NCBI GenBank assembly: GCA_951406725.2
Contig: OX597815.1
Coordinates: forward strand, 162,006,001-162,070,000
Source: Octopus vulgaris
Lineage: Eukaryota
Reading direction: 5' to 3'
DNA: 64,000 bases
In this document: positions 26,930 to 38,844 of the stretch, one piece after another
How the letters are laid out: each line of letters starts with the position of its first letter
How positions within the stretch are numbered: the first letter of the stretch is position 1
Translations under genes and position numbers: made by a program
Notes under the pieces: generated by a model
Database searches by the model: none
What the model was told of the DNA's origin: nothing
What the model saw: the letters and a program-made list of their open reading frames with translations, nothing else

Positions 26930-27605
26930 CGACGATAAGAGTATGACAATTATACAGAGAATATGATAATTACAGAAAAAGTGTGCCTGTTGTAGAAACA
27001 GTATAATTTGTTATAGAGAAAGTATTACTATTATAGAGTCTAACAGTAGCCGAGAGAGCATGACAATTATATATAGAACAGTGTGACCATTATAGAAAGG
27101 GTATGACAATTGACTATAATTAATATATTGTAGAAAGCACATGACCATTACAGAGAAGATATGAACATAATAGACTATGTCCATTATAGAAAAGGTATGA
27201 TTGTTATATAAACAGTATGACCATTGTATAAAAGGTAAAGACCCACTTCAGCCCTGAATGTCCATGAGATTACACCTAGAAAGTTACCACCCAAGGCACA
27301 AGTTTGAGCAAGGTTGTTTGTGGAAGAACAGCAGTTGCTCATACATACCAGCCTCCCTTTTCACACCATCAATGTTATCCAAAGGAAAGGCAAAGACCGA
27401 TACAGCTTTGCACCAGTGACATCACAATTCATTTCTACAGATGAGTAAACTGGAGCAATGTGAAATAAAGTGTCTTGCTCAAGACCATAACATACAGCCA
27501 GGTTTGGAATTCAAACTCACTACCTCATGATTATGAGCCTGACACTGTAACCACTGAGCCATTGTGTTTGTATAATTACCATTGTATAGAGAGCATGAAT
27601 ATTTT
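26225..27605. repeat. Old 20-22-bp minisatellite (attatagagagggtatgacc-like) fragmented by SINE insertions
   Basis: Units visible at 26225-26310, 26940-27235 and 27575-27605. SINEs intervene at about 26315-26930 and 27237-27562. Confidence 0.6.
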
Positions 27606-27757
27606 AGGGAAGCTAGGAGCATTTCAGATAAAGTTTACAGTGGAAAAATAATGATAGTCAGTATAATTGGTTAGTTAGTTGCAGTTTACATTAGAATGAA
27701 TTAGATTTGTAATAAATGACAAATAATAAATAGAAGGTGCGTAGTGGTATCTACAGT

Positions 27758-28870
27758 TCTCTGACACGTTCTCTGGTTCCAACCTTGCAAGATTGGCTGC
27801 AAACTCAGGTGAAAAATCAATAAATACAAGAGAAGAACACCCTTCAAGCCAAGTGAAATTGTAGTCTGGTAGGCACTGGTCTCATGCAAATGGCACCTAT
27901 GCCAGTGGCATGTAAAAGCACCCATTACACTCTCAGAGTGGTTAGCATTAGGAAGGGCATCCAGATGTAGAAATCATGCCAAATCAGACTGGCATCTGGT
28001 GCAGCCCTCAGCTTACCAGCCCTAGTCAAACCATCCAACCCATGCCAGTATGGACAATGATGAGGATGATGATGATGCTGACTAGCCACTGTCAGTTTGT
28101 GCCAGTTGCTGTCAAGACATCAGACATTCTAAGACCCCTTATGACTGATTTCCTCCACAAAATAGGGGGAACAACAGCCTGTCAGAGAAATGAGCCCCAC
28201 AAGGTGGAGTAGCTGCTGCAATGAGAGTTGCTGGCCATTTTCTGTGACAATGCATCACAGTCATAGGCACGGGAGTGGCTGTGTGGTAAGTAGCTTGTTT
28301 ACCAACCACATGGTTCCGGGTTCAGTCCCACTGCGTAGCACCTTGGGTAAGTGTTTTCTACTATAGCCTCGGGCCGACCAAAGCCTTGTGAGTGGATTTG
28401 GTAGACGGAAACTGAAAGAAGTCCGTCGTATATATGTATATATATATATATATATGCGTGTGTGTGTGTTTGTGTGTCTGTGTTTGTCCCCCTAGCATTG
28501 CTTGACAACCGATGCTGGTGTCTTCATGTCCCGTAACTTAGCGGTTCGCAAAAGAGACCGATAGAATAAGTACTGGGCTTACAAAAGAATAAGTCCCGGG
28601 GTCGAGTTGCTCGATTAAAAGCAGTGCTCCAGCATGGCCGCAGTCAAATGACTGAAACAAGTAAAAGAGTAAAGAGTAAAAGAGAGTCATAATTCAGCAG
28701 GGTGCAGCTGAGCATACCATTAGGTGCCGGTGTGTATAGCCCATCGCCACCACCACATCTATGCCCCGCTGTTTATTCCCCCTTTTTTTGCTTTTCTTTC
28801 TTTACCTTTCTTATCTCCCTTTTTTTCCTGCTTCTTTGTATTCAAATGTTATAAATAAAAATTTCAGCTT
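27758..28870 (+). pseudogene. CRE-like non-LTR retrotransposon restriction-like endonuclease 3' remnant, split by two SINEs
   Basis: SDTFSGSNLARLAANSG..KINKYK (27760-27830), then SHCQFVPVAVKTSDILRPLMTDFLHKIG...LAIFCDNA (28084-28255). Homologous to 52990-53575. Confidence 0.7.
28266..28685 (+). mobile_element. Young SINE family B copy
   Basis: Full length and CpG-rich, flanked by an agtcata duplication. Confidence 0.92.
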
Positions 28871-29456
28871 CAGCCAAAATATAGAATGCAACAAAAACTG
28901 ATAACTTTTTTTAAATGAAATAAAACAGATTTCTGTCATTTTATTTCATTTGCTCTCTCGATTGGATTTAAACTTCATTTGAAAGAACAGGCATTTGTAT
29001 TAATTTCCTGTCAATTTATTTTTATGGATATTTAATTTACAATTGGCTATCCAATATATTTTCTATATTTGTAAATTCACTGGTCATTATTTGTTTGACA
29101 TTTAGACTTACTTATCATTCTCAATACATAAAAGTTGTGTGATAGGTTGTCCTATTTGTTTATACATTCATGAGCAAGCTGAAAACTTGTGAATGTGTGT
29201 GTCTTGAGTGTATGAATGTGTATGAATGTGTATAAAAGTGTGTAAGTGTGTCAATGAGTATGAATGTGTGATGAATCTATGTGAGAGTCTGTGAATATAT
29301 TAAACAATAAGTATTTTTCTCGATAACAATTCATGTTTACAAGTACCATTTATGAATGAAAAACATACTTTCCTAATAGAATTTCATATAAGTCAAACAT
29401 TCTTTCATGCATATTTGCATACATGCTTACAACTCACTTTTCCTATCTCTCTTGCT

Positions 29457-29513
<57 letters not shown>

Positions 29514-29514
29514 A

Positions 29515-29554
<40 letters not shown>

Positions 29555-29556
<2 letters not shown>

Positions 29557-29825
29557 TTGACTGTGGCCATGTTGGAGCACCACCTTTAGTCAAACAAATT
29601 GACCCCAGGACTTATTCTATCGGTCTCTTTTGCTGAACCACTAGGGACGTAAAAACACCAGCATCAGTTGTCAAGCGATGTTAGGGGAACAAACACGGAC
29701 ATACAAACATATACACACACATACATGCATACATACATACATACATACATACATACATACATACATACATACATACATACATACATACATAATACATACA
29801 TGTATATATATATATATGTATATAT

Positions 29826-29864
<39 letters not shown>

Positions 29865-30035
29865 TACACGTATATGCATGATGGGCTTCTTTTAGTTTCT
29901 GTCAACCAAATCCACTCACAAGGCTTTGGTCAGCCCAAAGCTATAGTAGAGGTCACTTGCCAAGGTGCTACGCAGTGGGACTGAACTCAGAACCATGTAG
30001 TTGGTAAGCAAGCTACTTACCACACAGCCACTCCT
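29555..30035 (-). mobile_element. SINE family B with expanded internal microsatellites
   Basis: Colinear with the reverse complement of 28266-28685. Confidence 0.85.
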
Positions 30036-30457
30036 ATATAAAATATATACATCATCATTATTAAAGGTCCTTTCTGAGCCATAGGCTCATAAGTCTGATT
30101 TTCCAGATTCTGTGGTGTAGATACAACCTTCTTGATGGGATGCCATCTATCACAGCATTACTCATTTTGGCCAAAATGGACATAGCAAGGAACTTACACC
30201 AATTTTTAACCTAATCATGTGATCATCCTTGTCCAATCAAATTATATCCAAAACAGGTACTAATTTGAGCCATGTTCTCTTTATAAAAACAAGAGAAGTT
30301 TTGAACTCCAGTCAGAAGTAAGACAGTTGCAGTATAGCACATCTGCTCATTCTATTATCACAATCAATATGCATCCAGAGTTAGTTCTGCATGTAAACCA
30401 AGACAGACATAAAAATTGAGAATTATTGAAAAATTATTTGCAGAGTTATTGAATAAC

Positions 30458-30760
30458 AAAACAAGAAAATGGAAATTTTTTGGTATTATTTATTCTCCAT
30501 TACACATGTTTCATTTGCTAATAGGAATTATAAAGATTTACATACTCTTACTCTTTACTCTTTTACTTGTTTCAGTCATTTAACTGCGGCCATGCTGGAG
30601 CACCACCTTTAATCGAGCAACTCGACCCCGGGACTTATTCTTTTGTAAGCCCAGTACTTATTCTATCGGTCTCTTTTGCCGAACCGCTAAGTAACGGGGA
30701 CATAAACACACCAGCATCGGTTGTCAAGCAACGCTAGGGGGACAAACACAGACACACACA

Positions 30761-30816
<56 letters not shown>

Positions 30817-31060
30817 TACGACGGGCTTCTTTCAGTTTCCGTCTACCAAATCCACTCACAAGGCTTTAGACATGTAAGGAATTTCCTATTAGAAAATTGT
30901 CAGACCTTTCCATATAAAATTTCGTCTATCTTATGATTTTCTAATAGGAAATTACTTACATGTCTATATAACATGTAAATCTTTGTAATTCCTAGTAGCA
31001 AATGAAATACATGTAATGGAGAATAAATAATGCCAAAACATTTCCATTTTCCTGTTTTCT
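30458..31060. repeat. Foldback (about 120-bp arms) with a SINE B fragment (30545-30866) inserted in the left arm
   Basis: 30458-30544 plus 30867-30900 is the reverse complement of 30935-31060, around a spacer of about 35 nt. Confidence 0.8.
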
Positions 31061-31123
<63 letters not shown>

Positions 31124-31124
31124 G

Positions 31125-31315
31125 AAGGTGCATGGTTCAATAGTTAGAGTGTCAAGTTTACGATCATGAGGTTGTGAGTTCGAATCCAGGACCGGACTGC
31201 GTGTTGTGTTCTTGAGCAAGACACTTTATTTCACGTTGCTCCAGTTCATTCAGCTGTAGAAATGAGTTGCAACGTCACAGGCACCAAGCTGTATCAGCCC
31301 TTGCCTTTCCCTTGT
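31125..31315 (+). mobile_element. tRNA-derived CORE-like SINE (3'-truncated)
   Basis: B box gagttcgaatcc and core cttgagcaagacacttt; tail shared with 27237-27562. Confidence 0.8.
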
Positions 31316-31419
31316 CTGGTAGACAACTGCCCTAGATTGCAACTTTTTAAATAACATAAATAGTTGCTAATCATCTAAATACTTTAATTCCAGTAGGAAT
31401 TGCTATAATCATAATAGCA

Positions 31420-31940
31420 GCCAAGGCAGAGAGCTGGCAGAATTGTTATCACTCCATCCAAAATGCTTAGTGGTATTTCATCTGTCTTTACGTTCTGAAT
31501 TCAAATTCCACTGAGATCAATTTTGCTTTTCATCCTTTAGGGGTCAATAAAATAAGTGCTCATTGAGTACTGAGGGTAATGTAATCGACTTACCCCTCCC
31601 CAAATTTGCTGACCTTGTGCCAAAATTTTAAACCTATAATTAAAATGAAATTAAACTTATAATTAAAATAACAGTTGATGTATCAACATCTATAACAAGT
31701 AATATTTGACAGGCTCAAGGTAGTAAGCTGGCAGAAACGTTAGCATGCCGGGTAAAATGCTTAGCAATATTTTGTCTGTCTTTACGTTCTGAATTAAAAT
31801 TCCCCCGAAGTCAACTTTGCATTTCATCCTTTCAGGGTTGAATAATTAAGTACCAGTCGCAAACTGGGGTCGATCTAATCAACTAGCACCACCCACCAAA
31901 ACAATTTCGGGCCTTGTGCCTAGAGTGGAAAAGAATATTT
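31420..31940 (+). mobile_element. Two family C SINEs
   Basis: aaggcagagagctggcagaa (31423) and aaggtagtaagctggcagaa (31717), each with the Meta-like core. Confidence 0.8.
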
Positions 31941-31970
31941 GATGGTCTCATATAGTAAATCGGTATTGAC

Positions 31971-32474
31971 CAGTGGTTCCCAATGCACATGGTACTGTTC
32001 CTCTGGGGTGGAAGGAATCCAAGAGGCATGCTGGGAGTCACCAAAATGGGGTGATGGATGTAAAAGCAACTAAATAATGGTTAATTAGGTTAAATTTTGT
32101 TTGTGAAATAGACTTTATTTACATTTGGCAATTATTTGTCCTCATCTTGTTTGTTGTTATTATAATAACATCAAAAAATACCTTAGAAATGAGAACCCAG
32201 GTTCGAAATTTCCTCAAGACACCTGATGAAGGCTGGAGGGTATATCAGCTGCAATGTTGTGTTAACAACAAACAAGATGAGGACAAATATCCGTCAAAGA
32301 TAAATAATGTACATAATTCCTCATCTCTTAAATACAGAACTGAAATAGACTTGTTTTGAATTTGATGCAGAAAGTGGTCTATGTTTGTGGTAGTAAGTTG
32401 GATGGAGGGGGCATGCTGGGAATGTGGGCTGAGTGCTAAGGGGGGGGCAGCTTGAAGAGGTTTGAGAACCACTA
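31971..32474. mobile_element. hAT-type MITE hosting the hammerhead element
   Basis: TIRs cagtggttcccaa / ttgagaaccacta. Confidence 0.65.
32116..32342 (+). mobile_element. 5'-truncated hammerhead element with inverted 3' piece (same family as 44295-44741)
   Basis: TSD aaatagactt (32106-32115 and 32343-32352). 32116-32160 is inverted relative to 32263-32306. The core GACAC-CTGATGA-A-GGCTG...CAGCT-GCAA-TG-TT-GTGTT has a mutated GAAA. Confidence 0.85.
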
Positions 32475-32514
32475 GAACAGACCAATAAAATCGACCAATA
32501 GATAGTATTCAAAA

Positions 32515-32772
32515 TAATAAATAAATGCGCTCTTTTAAAGCCTAGCCAGGCTCATGGGTACGGTTTCCCAGTTTCCATAGTGTATGTGTTCCCAAGCTGG
32601 ATGGGACACCAGTCCATCACAGTGTTACTCATTTTTGCCAGCTGAGTGGACTGGAGCAACATGAAATGAAGTGTTTTTCTCAAGAACACAACGCATCACC
32701 TGGTCCAGGAATTGAAACCACAATCTTACGATCAAAATGCTGACACCCTAACCACTAAGCCACGCACCTTCA
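32515..32772 (-). mobile_element. tRNA-derived CORE-like SINE with V-like tail
   Basis: Reverse complement of 8958-9220. Confidence 0.85.
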
Positions 32773-33829
32773 CAATAGATAGTATTAGCATAAATTATTT
32801 AGTATTAGCATAAATTATATCAAGTCTTCCAAATATTTCTTTTATATTTGAGCAATGAAAGGTAAGCAAAGGTGACTGTGACAGGATTTGAACCCAGAGC
32901 ATAGAGTGTTGGAAAAAATTCTGCAATGCATTCTATCCAATACCCTGACAATATAACTAATCTGCTGTCTTAGTTTTAGATATACCAGCCTATGAAAAAA
33001 GATGAAATGATCACAACTGGAGTGCCTTTGATCAGAGATCTGCTTAATGAGAGCTGATATGGGACCAAACAACAATACTAGCCATGTAAGTCTTTATCTT
33101 CAAAAATCCAAATTGCTGGGGAGAGAGAAAAAGGGGTCAAGTATATGTATAACAATCAGTGGTACTGTGCTGTACCTCCACCCCATCGAAGACCTTGAAT
33201 GACCCTCTTCATAATACAGTTCACATATTATGAAGTAAGTACCACCAAGTATTTTCCCTTACAGCTAAATTTAGAAAGAGTACTGAGTATTTGTTCCATG
33301 TTTCCTCAACTTTCAACACCTACAAGACAAAAGTATTCTCTTATCTAGATTCTTTTCTACTCTAGGCACAAGGCCTGAAATTTTGGAGGAGGGGCCCAGT
33401 CGGTTAGATCTAATCCAGTACGCAACTGGTACTTAATTTATCGACCCCGAAAGGAGGAAGGGCAAAGTCGACCTCGGCGGAATTTGAACACCGAGCGTAA
33501 AGAACAGATTGTAAAAGCAAAGGATTTAATGAAATACAGGTGCAATTATAGTTGTGTGGTTAAGAAGTTTTTCTCAAAACCATGTGGGCAGTACCTTAGG
33601 CATGTGTCTCCTCTTGTGTCTTCAAGTTGACTAAATGCATTGGGAGAGAAATTTACAGGACAATAACTGTTCAGACAGATGCTCTGTATACACACACACA
33701 CACACACATGCACACACGCGTGCGCACACACACACGCACACACACACACACACACACATGCATGTATATACATGGACATGTAATGCATATACATACACAT
33801 GCATGCATACAGAAATATCATAGTCATGT

Positions 33830-34460
33830 CATCTTCATCATTTTCACTTCTGCATTTTCATGTTTGTATGGGTTAGATAGTCCTTTCCAACCCAGCATCT
33901 TGCCATTTGCTGTATTCCTTTATAATCTTTCTGGTGATTTCAACATCCTGAAGAAAGCTTTTACCATTTCTGCCCATGTCTTTCATAGTCTTCTTCTTCC
34001 ACAGTTCCTTTCTACTCGGATCTCTTGACACTTCTTGACCTATTCATTATCATCTAAAAATGCCTCACATGTCCATAACAACATAATCTTCCTTCTAATA
34101 CACTACAACTGATCCCTCTTATAACTAGTTTATCTCTCAGCACAACTGTGCTATATCATTCATGCAAATTAACATTGCACATCCAACAGAACATGCATAC
34201 TTCATTTCTTTCCAACCAATAAACACTCTCTATGTTCAGCACCCTCATCTCACAACCATGCAGTATTGCCCCTTATCAATGTCCTATCTATCTTTCACTC
34301 AAAAAGAGAATCTTCTTGTTGCCACCAGAAGTATTAGCTCCCTGAACTCCCCTTTACTGTCCATCCACATTCTGGTTACTATGCTTTCAAAGCACCTTCT
34401 TCTACAGCTGATTAGGTCGCCTAAGCAACAGAAGTCATCAACTGCTTCTATAGAACCTTG
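33830..34460 (-). pseudogene. Old RTE-clade LINE 3' fragment
   Basis: Minus strand FCCLGDLISCRRRCFESIVTRMW...EFRELILLVATR parallels 38845-39408 and ends in a GAT-rich tail. Confidence 0.7.
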
Positions 34461-34466
34461 CAAACA

Positions 34467-34694
34467 TCAACCCTTTCGTTACTGTATTTATTTTGAGATG
34501 CTCTGTGTTTCTTTCGATTACTTTAAATATAACAAAGAATTTAGTAAAATAACTTGGTTATCATTAAGCTAGTGTTAGGTACATAAATTGTGATTGAGAT
34601 TTGGTGGAAGATTTTAATTCAAAACCTATGAAAACAAGGCATTTGTACTCAGAGCCAGAGCTGGTTTCAACCGGGTTCGTAATGAAAGGGTTAA
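34467..34694. mobile_element. piggyBac-type MITE (family 2)
   Basis: tcaa-ccctttcgttac ... gtaatgaaaggg-ttaa; copy at 41126-41354. Confidence 0.85.
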
Positions 34695-34724
34695 AAGGAA
34701 TTTATTTTACAACTGCTCTGATTG

Positions 34725-35439
34725 CTAGCTACCCCTGCACATCAGCCACATGGAAAATCTTTATTCATTGTTTTCTTGTCTGTGATCCCAGTACATCTCT
34801 TGTACAACTATATTTCTCATTTATCCCAACTTAAATGTGGATGTTCTGTTAGAAAAATCGTTACTTCGGTAATTACCATGAGAGAAACTCTTTAATTGGC
34901 TTTTTCGTGTAAAATGCACATTTGTCTTTATTGTTAGTGGGGAGATAAATCCCTGCCACTTCCAATGCCAAGACTACAGATCACGTGATTTTGATCTTCC
35001 TTGGTCTTATCAGTGCCAGATATTCAACTGCCAGAGATAGTAAGCAGTCTCTACAGCAATATAAAAAAGAGTGCATTTCACACCAAAAGCCATGTGAGAG
35101 GTTCTGTCAAGGATTCTACTGCAGCAAAGTTCGTTCTGACGGAACATCCACGTTTAAGTGGTATAAATACTGTGTTTGTCACTAATACATATTTCTCATT
35201 GATACAAAGTTCCTACCTATTCTTTCTTTGCATGTTTAGTATAGTCATTTTCCTGAAGTCAACAGAGTCCTGTATTTTGCCAAGTTTACCCTGAGATCTC
35301 TCTGTTCTAGATACTGTTTCCAGACATGAGTTCTACCCACATGTCAAATTTCATCAAAATCGATAAAGCGATGTAGGAGGAGTTAGCTAACAACTCCACA
35401 AACACACCCACAGACAGAATTTCCCACATATGTAGTAGA
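34725..35439 (-). mobile_element. Probable non-autonomous Helitron-like element
   Basis: Minus strand begins a|tctactacatatg...tctgtctgtg and ends at a CTAG near 34728 with a decayed GC segment. Confidence 0.4.
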
Positions 35440-35779
35440 TATGAACAAGGGGGTGATGAAAAGTTCTTGGCTTTGGATAAAAGAAAATACAAGAGGATCA
35501 GTTAATTATGGTTTTATTCAACATATTCCCCTTTCAGATTCACACACTAATTGCAGCAGTCCTTCAGTTTTTTCTAAGCCCTGTAAAAGAACTCAGCAGG
35601 ATGGGCCTCCAACCAGGTCTTTCAAGATACCCTTAAAGCTAGGAACTTTTCTGCAAACCTCCTCCATATTTTTAAGAGTTCTTGGGCCAACAAGTGTTTG
35701 GGATCTGACAATAAGTCATAAAGCTAAACCCTTTATGGACAGGAAACCTAAGGTAATCCCATAAACCAGCCTTCCCTAT

Positions 35780-36283
35780 TTTTAATATATACCCATCGAC
35801 TCTGAAAGGACATTCAGCACAACACACACACACACACATTGGACATAAAACCCATTCAACGAATGCTTTTTAGCCAATCCCTTGGGAGGAACAAACAAAG
35901 ATTTCTTTTAGACAATAGACAACCATTCCCTCATTCTCTAACACTTTGAACACTATTCCAGACTATATATAAAAAAGACTTCAATGAAAAATCTCCAGAC
36001 ATGTCCTTGACCCACAGACAGAAGATAAACTGTTTTTACTTCTAATTTTCATAAATTTTTACTAATATTTGATAAGATGAGATACATCAAAACTGGTAAT
36101 ATTTTCTTTATATAATTTTTAAAATCATTTTTATTAAATTCTCTCTTAAATTGAAATGTCTTAGACTTACTTCTGGGCTACTTCCATCTCCATCTTTTAT
36201 ATATATAATAATAATAACAATATTAGGGAGTAAATCCAAACTTACAGGGAAAATTGTCTAATAGTGGTTTTATCTCTAATTTA

Positions 36284-36290
<7 letters not shown>
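35780..36290 (+). pseudogene. Possible highly decayed PLE GIY-YIG 3' remnant
   Basis: Only traces (HKTHST, TCP, TEDKLF) in the order expected for a PLE endonuclease C-terminus; many stops. Confidence 0.3.
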
Positions 36291-36375
<85 letters not shown>

Positions 36376-36889
36376 GAGGACTGAAAGAAAGACAAACAGA
36401 CAAACAGATAGTTATGTATATGTGTATATGTTTGTCAGTATAAATTTATATACATCATATACATACATACACAAACATACATACAGATGGACTACACACA
36501 CAGATACATCACATACAAATATGCACACATACATACACACATGCACACATACATACATACATACAAAACACAAGAATACATACATATGGACATACATACC
36601 TACGCACATATAAATACACACATATACATAAATGCATACATACATGCATACATACATACATACATGCTTGCATACATACATACTGTAGACATCCACTGCA
36701 ATTATAAATCGTCCAGATATACAAAACACCAGACATAGCATGCTTTCAACAGATCATTCTGTTATGTTTCTCTTTAATCTTTCTCTTTCATCTAACCATC
36801 AATGTCCCATTGCTTTTATAGTCAGAGAAAATTATCATGATTGGAGCAGCAGTTTATACGAGGTGGACATAGGGCGATATGTTATATTG

Positions 36890-37557
36890 TTAATGGTGAC
36901 GATGGTGATGATGATGATGATGATGATGATGATGCCAATGATGGCAACAGTAAAGATGACAATGTCAAGGACAACAATGATGATGATGGTAACAGCGAAT
37001 GATTACGATGATGATGATGATGATGATGATGATGATCAAGATGAGAACGAGGATGAGGCTGACAATAACAATGAAGATGAAGATGATGATAATGTTGATG
37101 GAAATGAAGAAAGCAATAAGGATAATGTTGATGATGTTGATGATGATGATGGTGATACTAATGAGAAAAATTAGGATAAGGACGATGTTAACGCTGGCAA
37201 TGACAATGGTGATGATGATGATGATGATGATGATGTCAAGATGACAATGATGACGATGACGATAATGACAATGATGATGATGATGATGATGACAGTGTTG
37301 GTAGTGGTGGTGGTGGTGGTGGTGGTGGTGGTGGTGGTGGTGGTGGTGGAGGTGGTTTTGGTGATGGTGATGATGTTGGTATTGAGAAGAAAGAAGGGAG
37401 AAAGAGGATGGTGGACTGAACAAAGAGGACATGGAAATGATAGTGGCAAGTGAAGTGTGTTAAGATGATGGCACAGATAACAACAATGATAACTAAATGT
37501 CCAAGACAATAACCAAGAGACAGAAAATGTAGAGGTGGTGAAGGATGGTGATGATGA

Positions 37558-37591
<34 letters not shown>

Positions 37592-37651
37592 GGTGGTGGT
37601 GGTGGTGGTGGTGGTGGTGGTGGTGGTGGTGGTGGTGGTGGTGGTGATGAC

Positions 37652-37686
<35 letters not shown>

Positions 37687-37990
37687 CGATGATGACAATG
37701 ATGATGATGATGATGATGATGATACTGATGATACTGATGATGATGATGATGATGATGATAGTGGTGGTGGTGGTGGTGGTGGTGGTGGTGATGATAATGA
37801 TGATGATGATCATGGTGGTGCCAGTGATGATGATGATGATGATAATGATGATGATGATGATGATTGTGATGATGGTGATGATGATGATGATGATGACGAT
37901 GATGATGATGATGATGATGATGGTTATGATGGTCCTATGAAAGAGAAGGAAAGAAGACATGTATGACAATCGCTGTGATGGTCATGATGT
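36890..37990. repeat. (GAT)n/(GGT)n trinucleotide field
   Basis: Direct reading; produces the poly-D/G/M/V/H/S/P ORFs. Confidence 0.95.
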
Positions 37991-38844
37991 CAGAACCAAA
38001 CAAATACACACTTTAAGGAAGACAATTACATCTGACAAATAATACTTGTTTCTAATACTTGTTTCAAAGCCAGCAATTTTGAAGGAGAAAAGGATGAGCT
38101 GATAGCGTTAACCCAGTACTTCACTCGTACCATATTTTATCAGCTCCAAAAGCATGAGAGGAAACACTAACACTGACCTCAACAGGATTTGAACTCAGGA
38201 TGTAAAGAGCCGTAACTAAATGTCACGAATCATTTTGGATAATCATCATCATTATCATCATCATCATCACCATTATCAACATCATCGTCATCATAATTAT
38301 TGTTTTAACATCCACTTTTCCATGCTTGCATGGGTCAGAAAGAATTTGTTGAGGTGGATTGAGGTGGATTTTTCTATGGTCGGATGCCCTTCCTGTCACC
38401 AACCATCACTTGTTTCCAAGTAAGGTAATATTTTCCCCATGACCTGACATGTTTTCATGGAAGATTGAAAGTGGATGACACTGCTTTTATGTCAATGACA
38501 TTCACTTACAATTACCATGTGATGATGCCAAAGCAAGGAGACACTAACACACACATGACACATGCATGCACATATACACACACACACACATGCACATGTG
38601 CACATGCACATGCACACATGCACATACACAAGGGATGATCAAAAGAGTGCAGTTTTCTTTCAGCATTTTGTACATGAAGGATGCGGAAACAGAGCAGGTC
38701 TGGTGTCTCACAGAAGTCACAAGCACTAAAATGTGAAGGAAAAAAAGAAAGTAAAATTCTTTGGCTCTTAGGCATTGGACTCAATGGGAGAATCCATCAA
38801 CAGAAAGAATCCCATCATCTGAGTGTGTGTATAACTATATATAT

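Noticed and set aside
34985-35294. Small Cys-rich secreted-peptide-like ORF
   Set aside because: It starts at GTG, has no splice or poly-A support, and lies inside a probable Helitron-like repeat.
36740-37969. Acidic, poly-Gly, poly-His and poly-Pro ORFs
   Set aside because: Stop-free translations of (GAT)n and (GGT)n in several frames.
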